DNA of 64,000 bases. Source: Sphyrna mokarran. Taxonomy: Eukaryota. The notes beneath the pieces were generated by a model. The model did no database searches. It was not told where the DNA came from and saw only the letters and a program-made list of their open reading frames with translations. The translations under genes were made by a program, and so were the position numbers. Of the stretch, positions 61,061-64,000 are shown piece by piece (position 1 is the first letter of the stretch; each line of letters starts with the position of its first letter). Where the stretch lies: contig JAGIQG010000010.1 of NCBI GenBank assembly GCA_024679065.1, positions 10,106,001-10,170,000 on the forward strand, written 5' to 3'.

Positions 61061-61679
61061 CAGGCTTATCGGAAGCATGGAGAGGTACTTTGAAACTGCA
61101 GTGGCGATCCAAGAAAATTGGCAATGCCAAACCCTTTGTCTCCACTGTTGTAAAGCACACCCAATGTTACGCTGAGTGTATGGTAGTTTTTGGGTTATGG
61201 TTTGAGACTGGGAATTCAGGGCCAGATACTCACAGAGTCGGAAAAACTCACTGAACCCTTTAAAGGCCGGGACTCAGATCCCCATGTCCCTCCTCCATTT
61301 CAAATTAAGAAGAGGAAGGGACACAGAATGTGATTCACACAGAGCCACCAAGATTCCAGCTGCCCAGATCCTGACAGCTGGGAATTGTCTCCCTCTGGCT
61401 CTCAACCTCACTTTCCTCCTACCTCATTGACAAAAAATAAACAGCAAACTTAAAGTCCGGCACAGGAACAGCCCTCAGATTAGCTGTACTAAATTTCCAC
61501 TTAGTGTCCGGGAAAGTAGCAGGGTGGGGACATGGGGATAACGGCTGGAAAGGATTGTGATTAGGTGCACACTTGATGGGTCGCATGGCCTCTTTTTGCA
61601 CTTGGCGATTCTCCAAGTCTTTGCCGATGATGATGCCCTAACTAAACAAAAAGCTTCCGCCCTTACTTGAACTGCGTCC

Positions 61680-62156
61680 CTCTATTTTTTTCCCATTCAC
61701 GTACCCATCCAAATGTCTTTCCAATATTTCTAATGTGCCTACTTCCACCACCTCCTCTAACAGAACACTCACCATCTCTGTATGAAAACCTTCCCCTGCA
61801 CATCTCCCTTAAACTTTCCCCCTCTCACCTTGAATCTGTGTCCCCTTGTAATTGAAACTTCCACTTTGGGAAAAAGCGTATGAGTATCCACCCTATGTCT
61901 CTCACAATTTTTTAAATCTCTATCAGGTCTCCCCTTCAGCCTCTGTCTTTCCAGTGAAAACAATCCTAGTTTTTTCAACCTCCCCTCAAAGCCAACACCC
62001 TCGAGATCAAGCAACATCCTGGTGAATCTTCTTCCCACTCTTTCCAAAGTTTCCACATCAATATGGTAGTGCGGTGACCAGAACCACACGCAATACTCCA
62101 AATGTGGCCTAACCAATACAGCTGCAATATGATTTAACAACTCTTGTACTCAATAA
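61680..62156 (-). mobile_element. CR1 LINE 3' fragment
   Basis: ORF LVRPHLEYCVWFWSPHY..LERVGRRFTRML..RLKKLGLFSLE..TRGHRFKVRGGKF. Confidence 0.9.
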
Positions 62157-62502
62157 CCAAACTTTTTGGTTATTTATCATAATGTCTCAGTATGTAACGT
62201 GGTGTCAAATTTTGTTTTTTAATGCATCTGTGAAGCATCTGGAGATGTTGCATTTTGTCAAAGTTGCTACATAAATGCAGGTTGTTGTGGTTATAACACC
62301 ATCGATTTCTATTCGAAGCCCTGGAAGGGGATTGTTATTTTGGCACCATCACACAATGGAAAGCAAATAATGCTCGTCATTTATAAATCTTATTACTTAA
62401 CCATCGGTCAACAAACCTTAAAGCATGAGTTAATTGTTTTTCAGTGCATTTGCCCCAATTACAAAACAAGCTGTATTCCTACAGCCACCTTTCCATCACC
62501 CT

Positions 62503-62775
62503 TAGTGATTGGCACTGCTTCCTCACTGTGCCAGGGGCCAGAGTTCAATTCCAGCTGTAGGTGACTTTCTGTGTGGAGTTTGCTCATTCTCCCCATGTCT
62601 GCGTGGGTTTCCACCAGATGTTCCAGTTTCTCCCACCGTCCAAATACGTGTGATTAGGTTGATTGGGCATGTGAAATTGCCCCTTAGTGTCAGAGGATTA
62701 AATAAGTAAATATTTATTACAGGGGTTACAAGGATAGGGCCTGGCTAGGATTATTTTCAGTGATGGCTTGATGGG
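62503..62775 (+). mobile_element. V-SINE, tail type A
   Basis: Consensus match. Confidence 0.8.
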
Positions 62776-63041
62776 CTTAAACTCAATCTCAAAACCTAAC
62801 AAGCTTTGGACTTTTTCTCGCTTTTAAAACCAGGTCAAGCTTTTCAATGTTTAAAGATTTTGCATTTGTTATGTTTGCTCCAGAGTTTTTGGAGCAATTT
62901 TGCAACAGATTTATAAATCTGAATCGGACTGATTGCAAACTTGGGTTTTCTTTTAAGGAAGGCAACAATAGCTTGTATTTATATAGTGCCTTTAATACAA
63001 TAAAATGTGCAAAGTCAATTCACAGGGACATTATAATGCAA

Positions 63042-63330
63042 ACAGCACATGGTGGTTAGCACTGCTGTCTCACAGTACCAGGGACCCGGGTTTGATTCCC
63101 TGCTTGGGTCACTGTCTGTCTGGGGTTTCTCCTCATATTTGTGTGGGTTTCCTCTGTTTCTTCCCATGATCCAAAGACGTGTGGGTTAGGTGGATTGGCC
63201 ATGCTAACTTGCTCCATCGTGTCAGGGGGGCAAATGCATGGGATTATGGGAATAGGGTCTGGGTAAGATTGTGGTCGGTGCAGACTCAAGGGACTGATTG
63301 GTCTCTTTCTGCACTATTGGGATTCTATGA
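63042..63330 (+). mobile_element. V-SINE, tail type A
   Basis: Consensus match. Confidence 0.85.
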
Positions 63331-64000
63331 AAATATAACATTGAATGCAATGAGGAGACATTGGCCCAACTCTTCAGAAGAGTGGCAATCACTGTGGATT
63401 TGCTTCTCCACTCCTGCCTGCCTGCACTGTGATAGGGATCCACATTTCTGGCCAGTTCTATCCATCCCACTGCTTCGGAAATGTGGAACAGGCTTCCATC
63501 GAACCTCTTTCTCACAGTGCTTGGTTATCTGGGGTAGACCAGCCACGACCCCTTTTTCACAGCATAGCTGATGTATTCAGGTAAGCACTCACTAGCACTC
63601 TGAGGAGTATTTGAGACATTTAAATAGCTTTGACAATGTGTTAGTGAACAAGTAACTAGGCAAATGAATGGGCAAATAGTTGAATGTGTATGTGTATGGG
63701 TGAGGTAATTGGTTAGAGTGGATGATATAAGTGCGTAGAGTGAGTGAGATAGAGTGGCAGTTGGATAGGGAGGTAAATCAAAGTCAGAGGCTGGAATTCT
63801 CTGGTCTTGTAGAACCCCTCAACCAAATCTCCATTCAACGCATGAGGGCAGAGAACCCCAGATCTGGCCAAGGTTACAGAATCCCAGAGATTTTTTCAGG
63901 AGGTTCCTGGGAGCAGGGGAATTGCCCATCAAAGTTCAATATTTCCAGGCCATTCCCCAGAATCATTGCATAAGAACATCCGTCAGATCACCAATTGCAT

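Larger units (their letters stand above)
30062..64000 (-). other. DACH1: DACH1 intron upstream of the exon (begins beyond window)
   Basis: Ends in polypyrimidine tract plus AG; preceding exon (SRPGRPPKR..) not recognised in the window. Inferred. Confidence 0.7.

Overview
Eukaryotic vertebrate DNA, almost certainly a cartilaginous fish (shark), judged from the repeat content: HE1/V-SINEs, a Deu-type SINE, CR1/HER1, Rex/Babar, Tx1, L2 and Penelope-like elements (PLEs). The only host coding sequence I can support is one 165-nt minus-strand exon at 29897-30061 of DACH1 (dachshund homolog 1, equivalent to human exon 3), so the rest is most likely two large DACH1 introns. About 40 V-SINE copies with two different 3' tails, many LINE fragments and a ~125-bp TIR/MITE family alternate with repeat-free blocks rich in homeodomain, TALE and Sox motifs, which look like conserved enhancers. 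The most notable signal is a set of minimal hammerhead-ribozyme cores (CUGANGA..GAAA) carried by two PLE-related repeat families. One copy with an intact core is sense to the DACH1 pre-mRNA, and in both families two copies are fused into a fold-back centred at the 5' edge of the catalytic core. Nearly all listed ORFs are repeat or low-complexity artefacts. Repeat boundaries were read by eye (about +/-20 nt), and family names come from recalled consensus features, not database searches.
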